A stretch of 64,000 nt of DNA from NCBI GenBank assembly GCA_004431415.1, contig QPMI01000210.1:1-64000 (forward strand), written 5' to 3'. The notes under the pieces were generated by a model. The model had not been told where the DNA came from. It saw only the letters and a program-made list of their open reading frames with translations, and did not search any database. Positions 47,201 through 59,345 of the stretch are shown in pieces (the first letter of the stretch is position 1; every line of letters begins with the position of its first letter). The position numbers and the translations under genes are program-made. Source of the stretch: Cyanophora paradoxa CCMP329. Its lineage: Eukaryota; Plantae; Glaucophyta.

Positions 47201-50200
47201 CGGTAATTTGCTGAAGCACGCCGAGGGCGTCAGCATCGCTCAGCCCTGGCACGAGGATGAAGTGCGTGTACCCGCGCTCAGTTGCAACGCCTCGCTTACA
47301 ATCCTTCGAAAGGTTGGGCTGTTCCCACCCCTCTGCTTCATTGACGTGCGCGTGGGGGCGGAACGAACGGTCACCGTCAACGGCGCCCCCAGCTACCTCA
47401 ACGACGCTCAGGTAGTTTCTGACTTCGATCCGATCCATCCGATCCATGTTTCCTTTATCAAGCTCATCGCGTGCGCAGATCGAAGTGGTGGCGTACCTCT
47501 GCCAGCGTTTTGCGAAGAAATACGCGTCCCTGGGTGCCGGAGATGAGCAGGACGGGGGTGGGCGGAAGCTGTCGATCCGCGCGCGGATCGGCATCATCTC
47601 GCCGTACAGAGCGCAGGTGGAGGCCATTGAGGTGAGCGCTGCTTCCGCGACCGATGCAGCGCCCTCTCATCGCTTCTGCGCGCACAGGCAGCGTTGTCCG
47701 GCGAGTCCGCCGAAGAGCGCAGCTGGAAGTCCAAGGTGCAAAAGCGGCGCGAGCGACTGATTCAGATCGCATCTGGGAAGGCGCTCGTCGAGGTCAAGAC
47801 TGTGGACGGGTTCCAGGCGCGCGCGTCTCGGTCGTTCATAAGACTCGCCACCTCTGCATAACTGGTGGAATCATGCAGGGTGGCGAGAAGGACGTCATCA
47901 TCCTCTCGCTTGTCCGATCCAACCGCAATGTCGGCTTCTTGGAGGTCGCCAGTCGCCTCAACGTCGCAATCACTCGCGCGAAACATAGCCTCGTCATTGT
48001 CGGGCATGGTGCAACGCTCCGGATGGACGAGGACTGGAATGCCCTGCTCGAGAGCATTGAGCAGCGCGCCGCAGCCTGCCAGTCGTCCGCGCGCCCAACA
48101 GTGCGGTACGTCAACGCAAGCGAGCACAAGCAGCTGCTTCGGCGCATCCAGGGGGAAATGGGCGAGAAGCGACTTCGAGAGCTGCGGGCGGCGGTGCTGC
48201 ACCTTGGAGAGAACACGAGCCGACCAGGAACCCATTCGAAGTGGCGGATGAACATGACCGCAGAGGCTTTTCAGGCGTTCTCGGTGCGCCGCGCTGAATC
48301 AAAACGGTAGACCTCCACGTTCACGTCGCCTCTTAGGAGCTGGAGGACAGGGAGCGCCAGGCGATTGCGGAGTGCGCTCTTAAGCTTGCGGAGGGCAAAC
48401 GGAGCCGCAGCGCAAAGATGCGCTCTCCGCTCGTTGACGTCGATGTTGGCTTTTTCGTGGAGGATTCGACTTCGACTGCGACAGCGGGCGGAGTGCAGAT
48501 GAAGCACCCGCTCGAGCTGTACCCCATCAAGGTCCGACAGCGAAGTATTGCTTTCTCTTTTTCTTTTTGCACCCGTCATCGGTGAGCAGGTCGAGAGCAT
48601 CTTAGAGTTCCGGGTTTTCTGGGGATTCGCGTGGGTCCATCTCCAGGACAAGCCGAGCGTCGAGCAGGTGCGATCGATTGAGCGTATCGAAGATCGGCGC
48701 GCTCGAGCCCAATCTGTTCGCAGTGCATCAAGATATACGGCATCGTGAAGGTGGACCAGACGAACGAGGCGACGCTCGTGCTGGAGGCTCGGGAGCGGCT
48801 GGCGAGGGAGGTCGTCGGCATGTACTCGGACGAATACCTCCAGGGCTGCCGCCTGACCGACCGGGATCTCATGGCGGGCCCCCGCTGCGTACCCGTCGCG
48901 GACTTCGCCTGGTACAGCCTTTGTCTGTTTGGTGCTGGTGCTGCATCTCACGTGCATCTCACATGCGATCAGGTACCGCAAGGGAATGGCCGAGAAGCCG
49001 GGTGGGGAGGGCGAGTGCCACGCGGATATCGCCAAGTCGCTTGAGGTGGACCTGAAAGCTGTCATCATCGCCTGTGAAACAGCACCGAGCGCTTTCTCGA
49101 CAGGTGCCGGCCGAGGTGCTGCGGCGCGTGGTGGAGGGTGGCGAGCTCCGCAAGTCGGTCGTCCCGCTCATGGCTCTCTCGCCGGAGGAGATGGCAATCG
49201 TCCAGCAACCGGGCAGCATTTTCGTCCTCGGCCGTGGCGGCTCCGGCAAGACGACCGTTCTGCTCACCCGGATGGTGGCCAACGAGATGCGGCGGCGGAT
49301 GATGGGCGCCGACTGGAGACAGATGCTCATCACGGCCAACCCGCGTCTCTGTGGCGAGCTCCGCGCCGAGCTGCAGAAGATGTTCAACACGCTGCCCTTG
49401 GCGTCCACCGACGCGGCGGCGCCTCCCGCCGTAAGAAAATTCTGCCAATTCATCAGCGACTCCTTTCTTAACCTGAGGACAGAACGGGCGCGAAGTTGCA
49501 GCGGATCGCAGCCTCAGCGACTGCAGGAGTCTCGAAGTGTGCACCTTCGAGCAATTCCTCGCCCTCCTCGACCGCGATTTACAGAAGCCTTTCTTCCGAA
49601 AACAGGCGCTGCCATAGCTTGCTGCTTTCAGCGCCGCTTCCTCTGCTGACAGGCTCTGTCTGCAGGACTGCTTGAATCGACGGGTCGACTACCGTCTCTT
49701 CCGCACCGTGTACTACGACTCGTTCCCGGAGCCGCTGCGGCGCAAGAAAGACCCGCGCCTCCTCTTCTCAGAGTTTCTATCCCTCATTAAAGGATCGGAG
49801 GTCCGCCTTGAACCTGGCGTCACTCAAGCTTGGCACATCGCGGGCTTATGTCATCGCAGGACGCCATCCTGGGGCGGTTCACGGAAGGCAGGGCCGCGCC
49901 CGTGCCGCGGCAGCCATTCGTTGCGGACCCTGAAAGTTCTGAGTGGGCAAATTCGGAGTACGCGTGGCGCAGCGCCTTCTCCGACGCGAGGACACGAAAT
50001 GAGGTGCCAAGACCTTCGCCTGATCATTTTTGCCTTTGCATGACCTTTGTGGCGAAGGTGTACGATCTGTTCGAGGCGTACGAGGAAGCGAAGCGGCGGC
50101 GGGGCGAGCACGACGTCGCGGACGTCGTCCTGCACGCGTTCGCAGAGCTCCGCGCTGGCCGTGTCCGCTTCAACTACGCGCCCCTCCACTTCGCCATGGT

Positions 50201-53200
50201 TGACGAGGTGCTGTCGCTCCTAACCGCATTTTGGGCGCTATCATTGACTTCTTTACCAACAACTACAACAACTGCAGGTTCAGGACCTCAGCATTGCTCA
50301 GGTCGCTCTCTTCAGCTTTGTGTGCTGCAACAAGGACGGCTTCGCCCTCGCTGGCGACACAGCGCAGACCATCGCCCAAGGTTCCGGCTTCCGCTTTGAA
50401 GGTTCGCGCGAATGTATTCAATATCTGGTATCTGGCCGAGCAGCTGCGCTGCGCTTTGCAGACGTCAAATCGTTCTTTTACAAGCACGCCATCTACCTTT
50501 TCGGCGAACGCACGGATCCGGACTCGAAGGTGTGTCTGCACGTCTCACATGATGATGATGCCCCACATGATGACGAGTGCAGGTGCACGTACCACCGGTC
50601 TGCCTGCTGCAGCGGAACTTCCGCACGCACACGGGTGTCCTCAATCTCTCAAACTCCATTGTGTTTCTGCTCCAGGTCCGCGTTCACGCCTGTTTGTTCC
50701 ACTGCTCTTGCCTGCCTTTTCACACGCTTCGTTACCTAGAAACTTTTTCCAAACGCTGTTGGTAAGACGGTGGTCGTCCCACGCACGCAAACGATTGAAT
50801 TAAGCCGCAGATGGTGTCGAGATGGAGGAAGCACTCAAGCACGGGCCGCTGCCGATCGTTGTCCGCAGCCCGCAGCTCACCGACGCCAGTTTCGCGGGCC
50901 TCCTATCCCAGAAGGACTGGACCGCTAACCAGGCGCGGCACCTACGTTGAATCCCGCGTATGCCGCCGTAACCGGCTCTTGCAGGCGGTCCTGTTGCGGG
51001 AGTGCGCGCAGGGAGGCGGGCGAGGAGCGGAGCGAGGCGTTGTTGCTCACAGCATTCGAGGCGAAGGGCTTCGAGTTCCAGGACGTTGTCCTCTACAGTG
51101 CGCATTCTAACTAAGCTCTTCTAGATCTGATCGCCATTCTAAGTAAGCTCAGATTTTGTGTCCGGATCGCCTTTTGCAAAGCTCTTCAACGTCCTCTCGC
51201 GCATTGCAGACGGTTCCTTCTCATTCACCCACGACTTCGAGCCCGAACTGCTCCGGTACGGACCGCTCTGCCACGAGCTTAAGATCCTCTACGTCGCGGT
51301 CACGCGGACCAAGGGCCAGGTCTGAAAAATTTCAGCCATTATGTATCTTCGCCATTCCGGACGATTGTTGCGCAGCTTGTCTTTTTCGAGGATGGCAATG
51401 CGGCGGAGCCGTTCGAGCGCCTCTGGCAAGCGTCACAGCACTGCAAGGAGAGCGGCGCCGACGGAGGCGGTCAGCTAGTGCATGCAACGAAGAATGTTCA
51501 GGAGGGTCTGGACGCACTATCTTTCGCTGGTCTGGCAAAAACGACGAGCCGGGAGGAGTGGCGGAAACGGGGCATGTAAGTCACAGCACTGCTTCGACGA
51601 TTTGTGTCCATGTACCCTAAACATCATCCGCAGGCAATGCATGGAGTTGCAGCAGTACGAGAACGCGAGGACCTGCTTCCGGAACGCGCGGGACGAGCGA
51701 GGTCTCCAATGGGTCAAGGCGGAGATGGACCACGAGCGCGGCTTGCGCGAAGCAGGTATGTATGGAGCTCGCTGTATGCTGCACGCTTCTCATTCGGACG
51801 GCAGCAATGGTGGGCAATGGTGCATCGGACGCAAAGACGATCGAGAGGGGTGTCGAGCTTCTGTCGGGCGCTGCGGAGCAGCTGTTAGCGCTCTCGCCAC
51901 CGATGGCGGAGCGCGCCTCCGAGTGGTGTGTGGAGGCGGTTCAGCTGGCGAGGGGGCCCCGCGCCGGTTCCAGCAACGGCAGCTCAAAGGCGGCGGCGGC
52001 AGCAGCGGAACGCCGCGCGAAAGACGTCGCGCGGCGGGTTGCAAAGATGTTGGAGGGCCACGGAAGACATTCGGATGCAGGGCGCGTGCTGGTTGATGCT
52101 GGATTGCAGGTCAAGTCTTCGGCGGAGAGCGGCGATGACAGAGCAGAGAGCCTGAAGCGGGCCCTTGACGCATGCTTGCAGGTCCGTCGCTTGCGTGGTA
52201 TGCACTTTTCATCTTCAGCGCAATATTCAATCCTGCTGCAGCGCCGGGAGTTCAAACGAGTGCTGACGATTTTGGAATCCAATACGGTGCGAGTTCATCA
52301 GTTTGATCGTGGGATTCGTACTTATTCAGCGTGCAGGCGGATCAGATCGCACCGGAGACGCTCTCTAAAGTCCTGCTGGAGTGCGCACGGCGCGTGAAGC
52401 GGGAGGAGGCCCTGCCGTTCCTGAAGCTCCTGCCCTTGCTCGACGAGCGCGCCAAGCAACTTGAGGCATACCGATTCTTTAAGGAGCTCATCGATTTGGA
52501 GAAGGAGCGAGGTGACTATGAGCGCGCCGCTCGAATACAGCAGTGTCTTGGAGACTTCCTAGGCGCAGCTGCCTCCTGTCGGTCCGTTCATCCTTCTCTA
52601 ACTTGATTTGCCGTCGCCTTCTCTCGCCTTGGCTTATGTGTTTGCGCAGTCTGGATGGTAATCACATGAGCGCCCTTTACTGCACCCTTTTCTACGCGAG
52701 TGCTCATGTCGAGTTCAACGGGCGGCCTGTCGAAGGAGCCATACCCCTTCTCCGTGAGGTCTTGGAGATAGCGAACGAAGATCTACGAATAGTCCGGGAG
52801 GAGAGTGCACGATGGAGCACCGAGGAACAGGACTCGATACGCGACCTGGCCATGGGGCTCGAATATCTGCGAGCCGTCGTCGACGACGTCAAGGACGCTT
52901 GCACATGGATCGAAATTGCGGGTCGCACAAGGCGACCCGATGTCATTTTGCCCTGCAGAATGCGTGCCTGCGATTGCATCATTTCTACAAGCGCCTTTCA
53001 CGCTTTGGCAAGTGAAATAGTACTAATGACTCTGAAGATTCTGGACGCCGCTCCTGGTGCACTTTCCGAGTTTTTCCCTTGCTCTGACATTCACCGTCTT
53101 TTTGGAGTCGACATTTCTGCCTCCTCCATTCTCCACTATGCACCGCAGCCATTCCCCCAGAGCGACTCGGTACCGCCGAAGGGGAAGAAACTTGGAAAGG

Positions 53201-55341
53201 GCGGGGCACCCCCGGCACCGCCCCAGCCTGCAGCCGCACGGCGGCAAGCCTTGCCTTTAGCCGTCTCATCACTCGATATGTCGGAAGATCGAAAGTCGTG
53301 GATTGCTGCTGTAACACTACGGATTTTGAATGCTGCCGCCGATATCGCGGTGCCCTGGTCGCTCGTGCTTAAGAAAGGAGAGCGTCCCAAGGAAGCAGCC
53401 GAGGTGCTCTTCAGCCGAGGTCCCCCGGTCAGTCACAGACATCTGGCCCTTGTCGCCTGCGCGGAGGTTCGTTTTAAACCGGCACTGCTATCAACGTCCG
53501 GCCTGCCTCAGTCCTAAAAGATGCCTCAGTCAGGTAACTTCGATCAAGGCGAAGAGTTTGTCAGCCGTGATCCGCAGCTGAAGTCGAAATGGCGCGTGCA
53601 ATAGCATGAACGTTTTCTGAAATTATTCTGACGTTTCTTCAAGGGCGGAGATATTGAACAGAGCCGCGGAGTTCTTTTCTCAAGTCAATTTCGTTCTGAT
53701 CTATTGTTTTACATTCGTTCACATCGCTTGCAGAAAGATCAAGAACCACGCAAATTGTTGGACATGCTGCAATCTAACGCGGCAAATGTCTTTGCTCGCT
53801 TACTCTTCGCTCATTTTCGCTCAACTCAGGGTCTGAGCGCGCAGAGAATATCCACGAAGACGCGCTCTAGAGTCCTGCTGGAGTGTGCACGGCGCGTGAA
53901 GCGGGAGGAGGCCCTGCCGTTCCTGAAGCTCCTGCCCTTGCTCGACGAGCGCGCCAAGCAACTTGAGGCATATGGATTCTTTAAGGAGCTCATCGATTTG
54001 GAGAGGGGGCGAAACAACCACAATGCTGCGGCTTGGTGTCAGCTCGGCATGGGGGATCTTCTTGGCGCGGCTGCCTCCTTCCGGTTTGCTAGCACTCCTT
54101 CCATGTTCTGGTTCCGCGCGTGAATGACCTTCCTTCATCGATTCTTCCAGGCTGACCGGCAAACCCGCCCACATCGAAGCCCTCAGCTGCATGCTCGATT
54201 ATGCATGTGCTCACATCGAGCTTGATGGGCGGCCACTGGAGGGGACCGCGCTCCTGCTCCACGAAATTTTAGAAATGGCAGGCGACGACTTGCGAGTTCT
54301 GGACCTGGAGGTCACGACTGATCAGGTGCGGGTGATAACAGAGTGCTAATGGCACATGAACACATCTTCTCCGCAGGTCCTTGACCTGAAGCGACTGGAG
54401 GAGCTGTCCCTGCAGCTTCAGTTCGTTCGAGCTGTCACGAACGATGTTAAGGACGCTGAGACGTGGATTGGCCTCGTCAAGCGCACCGCGAATCCTCCTT
54501 ATAATAATCGTCGACCTGATATCCGCATGGCCTGTGAACTGCGCGTTTGTGATGCCCTTTTATCTACAGCTCCACTTCATCCCGATGCCTTCAATGCATC
54601 GTTGACCACTCTAGAATTGCTACAAACGATGCCCAGCATACTACCTAAGCTCGCCAGCGATTTAATGGCTGACCGATCACTCTCTCTTGGCGCTTTCGCA
54701 CTCTACACGGGCCATTTCTCTGCGTCGCAGGCCTCCACTAGTACTGGAAGACGTCTCGTGTGGTTTAGAGGAGGGAAGCCACTGCAGCCGGATTCAAGCC
54801 AGAGCAAGGACCCCGCGGAGCCCTTGCAGCAGCTGCGTCACGCCATGCCTCTTCTCGCCAACATCTTCAATAGCCCGGCGTCGTGGGCCGCTTCGATGTC
54901 GCCAAAGTTTACGAAGGCGGCTGCAGAGCTCGCGCAGCGCGCGGCGGATGCGCTGGTGGAGGCGAAGCGCCCTCGAGAAGCAGCGCAGCTGCTCTTCGCT
55001 GCCGGCGATGAGCAGCGCGCCACGCTCATTTGTGCTAACGTGCGTCACTGCGATGTCCCGATGTGCACACCATGGAATTTTACCGCCCCTGTCTCGTCTG
55101 CAGGAGGGCCCCGCCGTCGTCAAGGAGTTGAGAAGTCGCTATTTATCCAAGAAGCAAATTGTTACAAGGTAACCTGCACGTACGAGCTGCGAAGCACTAG
55201 CTGATATAGTGCAGCAGCTCTTCTTCCAGCTTGCCTATGATGAGGAGAATAGGAGACAGATGGGTGCGCTTGTAGTCAGCTCACACGTCCAGACGCATCT
55301 CACCTCCGCGACGTGTATGCACATGCACAGGAGCTCTCTGA
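42346..55341 (+). CDS. Giant multidomain protein: caspase-like (Peptidase C14) - Ala-rich repeats - Upf1/Sen1-like SF1 helicase - TRANK1/UvrD-like helicase - duplicated helical repeats (two apparent frameshifts; ends uncertain)
   Basis: Caspase-like: FLFYFAGP, ILDTCFSG. Helicase 1: IHGPPGTGKT, VTAPTNAAV, VVDEAAQ, IGDPRQL, SLFERL, LDTQYRMH, IISPYRAQV, TVDGFQGGEKD, RLNVAITRAK. Helicase 2: GRGGSGKTT, VDEVQDL, AGDTAQTI, LQRNFRTH, EAKGFEFQDV, ELKILYVAVTRTK. Confidence 0.85.
43740..44600 (+). repeat. Coding minisatellite, about 22 degenerate A-S-K-P-A-G units with poly-Ala spacers
   Basis: Recurrent GCGAGCAAGCCGGCGGGCGCG, and a GCG run at 44212-44258. Confidence 0.9.
52369..54004 (+). repeat. Internal tandem duplication (period about 1.5 kb) with a near-identical 134-bp core
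   Basis: 52369-52502 and 53871-54004 both encode VLLECARRVKREEALPFLKLLPLLDERAKQLEAY.FFKELIDLE and differ at about 3 nt. Confidence 0.92.
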
Positions 55342-55519
55342 TCTGCAGTCGGATGATCCGGAGCTCCCGCCTTTCGAATTCAGGTACGCCATACAGTGGC
55401 AAAGACAGCCAATCTGATGGAGCAGCAGCAGCCAATCTGTCCCAATGGTCAAGCACGTCGGCGGAACCTGGGTGCGTCTGGGTGCGTCCGTCTTTTCCCA
55501 AACCAACGCCTTTTTGCAG

Positions 55520-56838
55520 GAGCCGGTGCCATCCACGAGCGTTTCGGCATCGATGAAGGCACCAGTCGACCGTTCTTCGATGCCTGTGTTGGGTGGAGGC
55601 GCAGCGTCCTCCTCAGCACAATTGCAAGGAGCTCCTTCAGCGTTGTCATCGATGTCGGAAATCGTTCCGGCAGCACCGAGCCGGTGAGCTGCATGGGTTC
55701 CCGTTGCAAATATCAAATATCCATACCGAATACAAGCTGCAGTGAGAAAAGCAGCGGCCGAAAACTGGATCTAACGCAAGGTGGGAGGCGGAAGTGGCCG
55801 GTAGAGGAGATTCAGAAAATGGGTCCCGCGAGCGTTCGCATACTTTTGCTCAACACCAACAAACTCACGAGCGTCCCTGGCGCGGAACTAGCGAAGCTCG
55901 TGAAGCTCAAGTCGCTTTGGCTGGACAGAAACGAGCTGACGACGCTCCCGGCGGAAATCGGGTCCCTGTCGAACCTGCAGCAGCTTGTTGTGAGCAACAA
56001 CCGTCTGAAATTGCTGCCGCCGGAAGTGGAACGCCTGGAGAACTTGCAGCAGCTGGACTTGCACAAGAACGAGCTTTCGGCGCTTCCGCCGGAGATCTGC
56101 AGCCTTCCAAAACTCCAACAGCTGGACGTTCGCCAGAATCGACTGACGACACTGCCACCTCAAATCCGTCATCTCTGGCTTCTCCGGGACTTAAAGCTGA
56201 GCGAAAACAAGCTTGCGACCCTGCCTGCAGAGCTCGGGCAGCTTTCGAATCTGCGTGATCTACACGTAAGCAAGAACCAGCTGACTGTTCTACCGGCGGA
56301 GCTCGGTCAGCTCGCGAACCTGCGAGAGTTGAACGTCTGGGAGAACCGGCTGAAGGCGCTGCCCCCGGAGCTAGGGCACCTTGTGAACCTTCAGCAGCTG
56401 GATGTCAGTTGCAACAAGTTGATGGCGCTTCCGCCAGAGCTCGGAAACCTTACGAATCTGACCGTGCTGGACTTGAGCAAGAACCAGCTGCAGGCACTGC
56501 CTCCGGAGCTCGGCCTGCTGTCGAGCCTGCAGCGCCTAGATGCGAGCACCAACAGGCTGGCTTCTCTTCCGTCGCAACTTGGTCAACTTGCGAACCTGGA
56601 GGACTGCAACTTGTTCAAGAACCAGCTGAGGACTTTGCCGCCGGAACTGGAGCGACTCACGAACCTGGAGCGTTTAGAAGTCGGCTGCAACAGGTTGAAC
56701 ATGGACTCGTTGCCACCAGGGCTTGGCCGGCCGCGCCTGGAGCAGGGATTCATCTACAACAATACGGATCAAGTAAGTTCGCTAGCGCACCATGTTATTC
56801 ACGTGTCACAGTGTAGCAAATACTTGCGCAGCCGATGA
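55520..56838 (+). CDS. Leucine-rich repeat region (23-aa SHOC2-like repeats); separate gene or C-terminus of the giant helicase gene
   Basis: About 12-13 LxxLxLxxNxLxxLPxELGxLxN repeats in one uninterrupted exon of about 1 kb. Confidence 0.88.
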
Positions 56839-59321
56839 TGATTCGCAACGATTCATCTCAGGTGAGTTCTACGAATTTTGCACGCGGTGCAATCCTCGTG
56901 ATCATGATTCGCGTGCAGCCGATGACGTTTACCGTGTTGCCTAATTATAAACGATAGAGGTCCCGCGCCCTTCGCTCATGGATGCGATATTAAGAGTCTC
57001 GGAGACTCAAGACTGTCGGACTGGGGCACCCCCCAATCTCGCCCCCTTCGAGCTTTCGTGTATACGTAGCTTTCTGTTGCGGATTCTGAGTCCGGTTTAA
57101 TTTGTGTGTCCCCGTGCACGTGCTCCTCCGATCCTCCTTCACCCTGGAACATGTACACCGGGTCTAGGTTGAAGGACTTGTGCATGTGCAGAAGGGCAGG
57201 CCGAACAAGGGCCGGGGCTAGGGCGGGGCCGAGGTGGAGGACCGGAAGAGGTTGGTGGAAGGGGGCGAGGATCCGGAGGGGGCGGGGGGAGGGGATTCTC
57301 GGTCGGGGAGGGGGAGGTGGGGGAGGGGGGCGCCGGCCAGGGTAGGAGCAATGGAAAGGACATCGGGACAGCGCAAGGAATTCGAAAACGGGGAGGGGAG
57401 GGGAGACTTGATAAGAGTTGCTGTCTGGGTCTTCCGCGGCCGGATCCTCGGTTGCAATTGACCATGCCTTCGCGATCGCTCCAGCGAAGTCCTTTAATTT
57501 CTTCCCTCCAAGGCTTCTAGCTATAGGCTACTTGCACCTGGCCCATCCCCCTCGAACCGCTTGCACCTGAACCGCAGGGGGATCCCCCGTCGACTGTCCC
57601 CTCGAGCTCCCCGGGCTCGCCTCCCTAATATTTAATCATCATGGCATAAGACCCCATGGCCATCGCGGTCGGCAGCACAAATTATGCTCACGTATACGTA
57701 TAGCCTGATTTAATTAACTAGTATACGTAAGCCGAATGCTCAGACCGAGTGCAGCCGCAGCTGGGAACCGAAGTTCTAGAACCGAAAGGGAACCGGGCCG
57801 GGAACCGGTCGTGGGGCCCCCCGCTCACGATCGCGATCGGCAACGGCGCCGCGGCCGGGACCGCCGCCGTCTCGAGCTCGCCCCCGTCATCGTCATCGTC
57901 GATTTCCGATCGCGATGTTGGACCGGCGTGGACCTCGGGCGTGAGGGGAGGACGACGGCCCAGCTTCAGCTGCAGGCGGCGGCAGAGCCCGCGACGTACC
58001 TTCGCGCCCTGCGCTCGCGCACCCCTCAGACTCGAAATCGAGCCTCGAAGAGCGTGCCGGCGCCCGGCGGCCGTGGATCGAGCAGCTGCAACACGACGGA
58101 GCGCCAGGCGTAGAGGGGCGTAGACGCCCGGAAGAAGGAGCAGCGGGAGAGCACGACGCGCAGTGGGCGCCCCTCGAGCTCCGCCCGCGCCGTCGCGATG
58201 AAGTCCTCTGCAAGGCGATAAGGAGGAGAAGAGGAAAGGAGGGAAAGCGCAAGCCAAGCGAACTGACGAGGATTGTCTTCCCGTTCCCGGCCTCCGCCTC
58301 AACGATCAGTACCCCCCCGCCCTTGGCGGCCAGCTCGGATCCGGAGGGGTCGCGCGGGGGACACGCGGCGGATCGGAGGCGGCCAGCGAGTTGTGCTTAA
58401 GCTTGAGGAGGGTGTCCAAGAGCTGCGCGAAGAAGCGGCACTCGTAGCTGTAGGCGCGGCCCACGAGCTGCCCTCGTTCGCAGATCCCTCCTCGTACGAG
58501 ATCGTCTCCGTCGCCCCGCGATCGCGACTGGCCTGGCCCCCCGACGGCGACGGCCCCCGGCTCCGCTCCCCCAGGGGGACAGCTCCGGCGAAAACGAGCT
58601 GGCGGCCCCGGCCTCGTTCGCCGCGCCGCCGCCGCCGTTGCCGCCGCCCTCGGCGCCCGACGAGGACTGCCCCACATGCATGGGCCAGCGATCGCGAGTC
58701 GACGTGCCGCCGCATAGAAGAGGCCCGGCTCATGATCAGCGTTCGCTTGAGGTTCGCCGAGTTGGAGTTGGATCGGGGCATCTTCCCGCTCTACGCGTAC
58801 GAGCGCGGGAGCCCGCGGCTCGGAGACTCGACGTCGGAGGGCGGCGCCGCCTCGAGCCCTTGAGCGCCATCTCGCCGTCCTGTGCGACGTGCCGCCAAGG
58901 GTCGGTCGGGACGAACGAAGGAGGATATCGATGGGCGAAGCGGGTGGGGTACCGGTGCAGATCTAGAGCCACGGACCTGTTCCATCTGAACGCGGGAGGA
59001 GAGGCAGCTGCGCATGCGGGTCGCCTCGTCCACCAGGACCTCCCCACTCGGCGCCTTTAAAATTTTGCTGCGGGGCGGGATCGATATCGAACCCTCACGC
59101 GTCGCCGTCGATCCGGCGGGGAGAAACGGGAGCGGACCATGGCCATATGCATGATGCGGGCGCCGGCGGCAAAGTTGACCACCGCTCCGAGCACTGCGTA
59201 TATACGTACTCGCAGCGCGAGTGGACGTCGCCGATGATCATGAGAGAGCAGACGGCCCGCCCTGTCGTGACCGAGATCTGTGGCGGGGATATCGGTACAA
59301 GTAATTATAAGCGGATGATGC

Positions 59322-59345
59322 ATATATATATATATATATATATAT
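59322..59345. repeat. (AT)n microsatellite
   Basis: About 12 AT units in an otherwise GC-rich region. Confidence 0.9.

Noticed and set aside
57076-57150. Solo LTR starting TGTTGCG like the TRIM
   Set aside because: Similarity stops after 7 nt, with no matching end or TSD.
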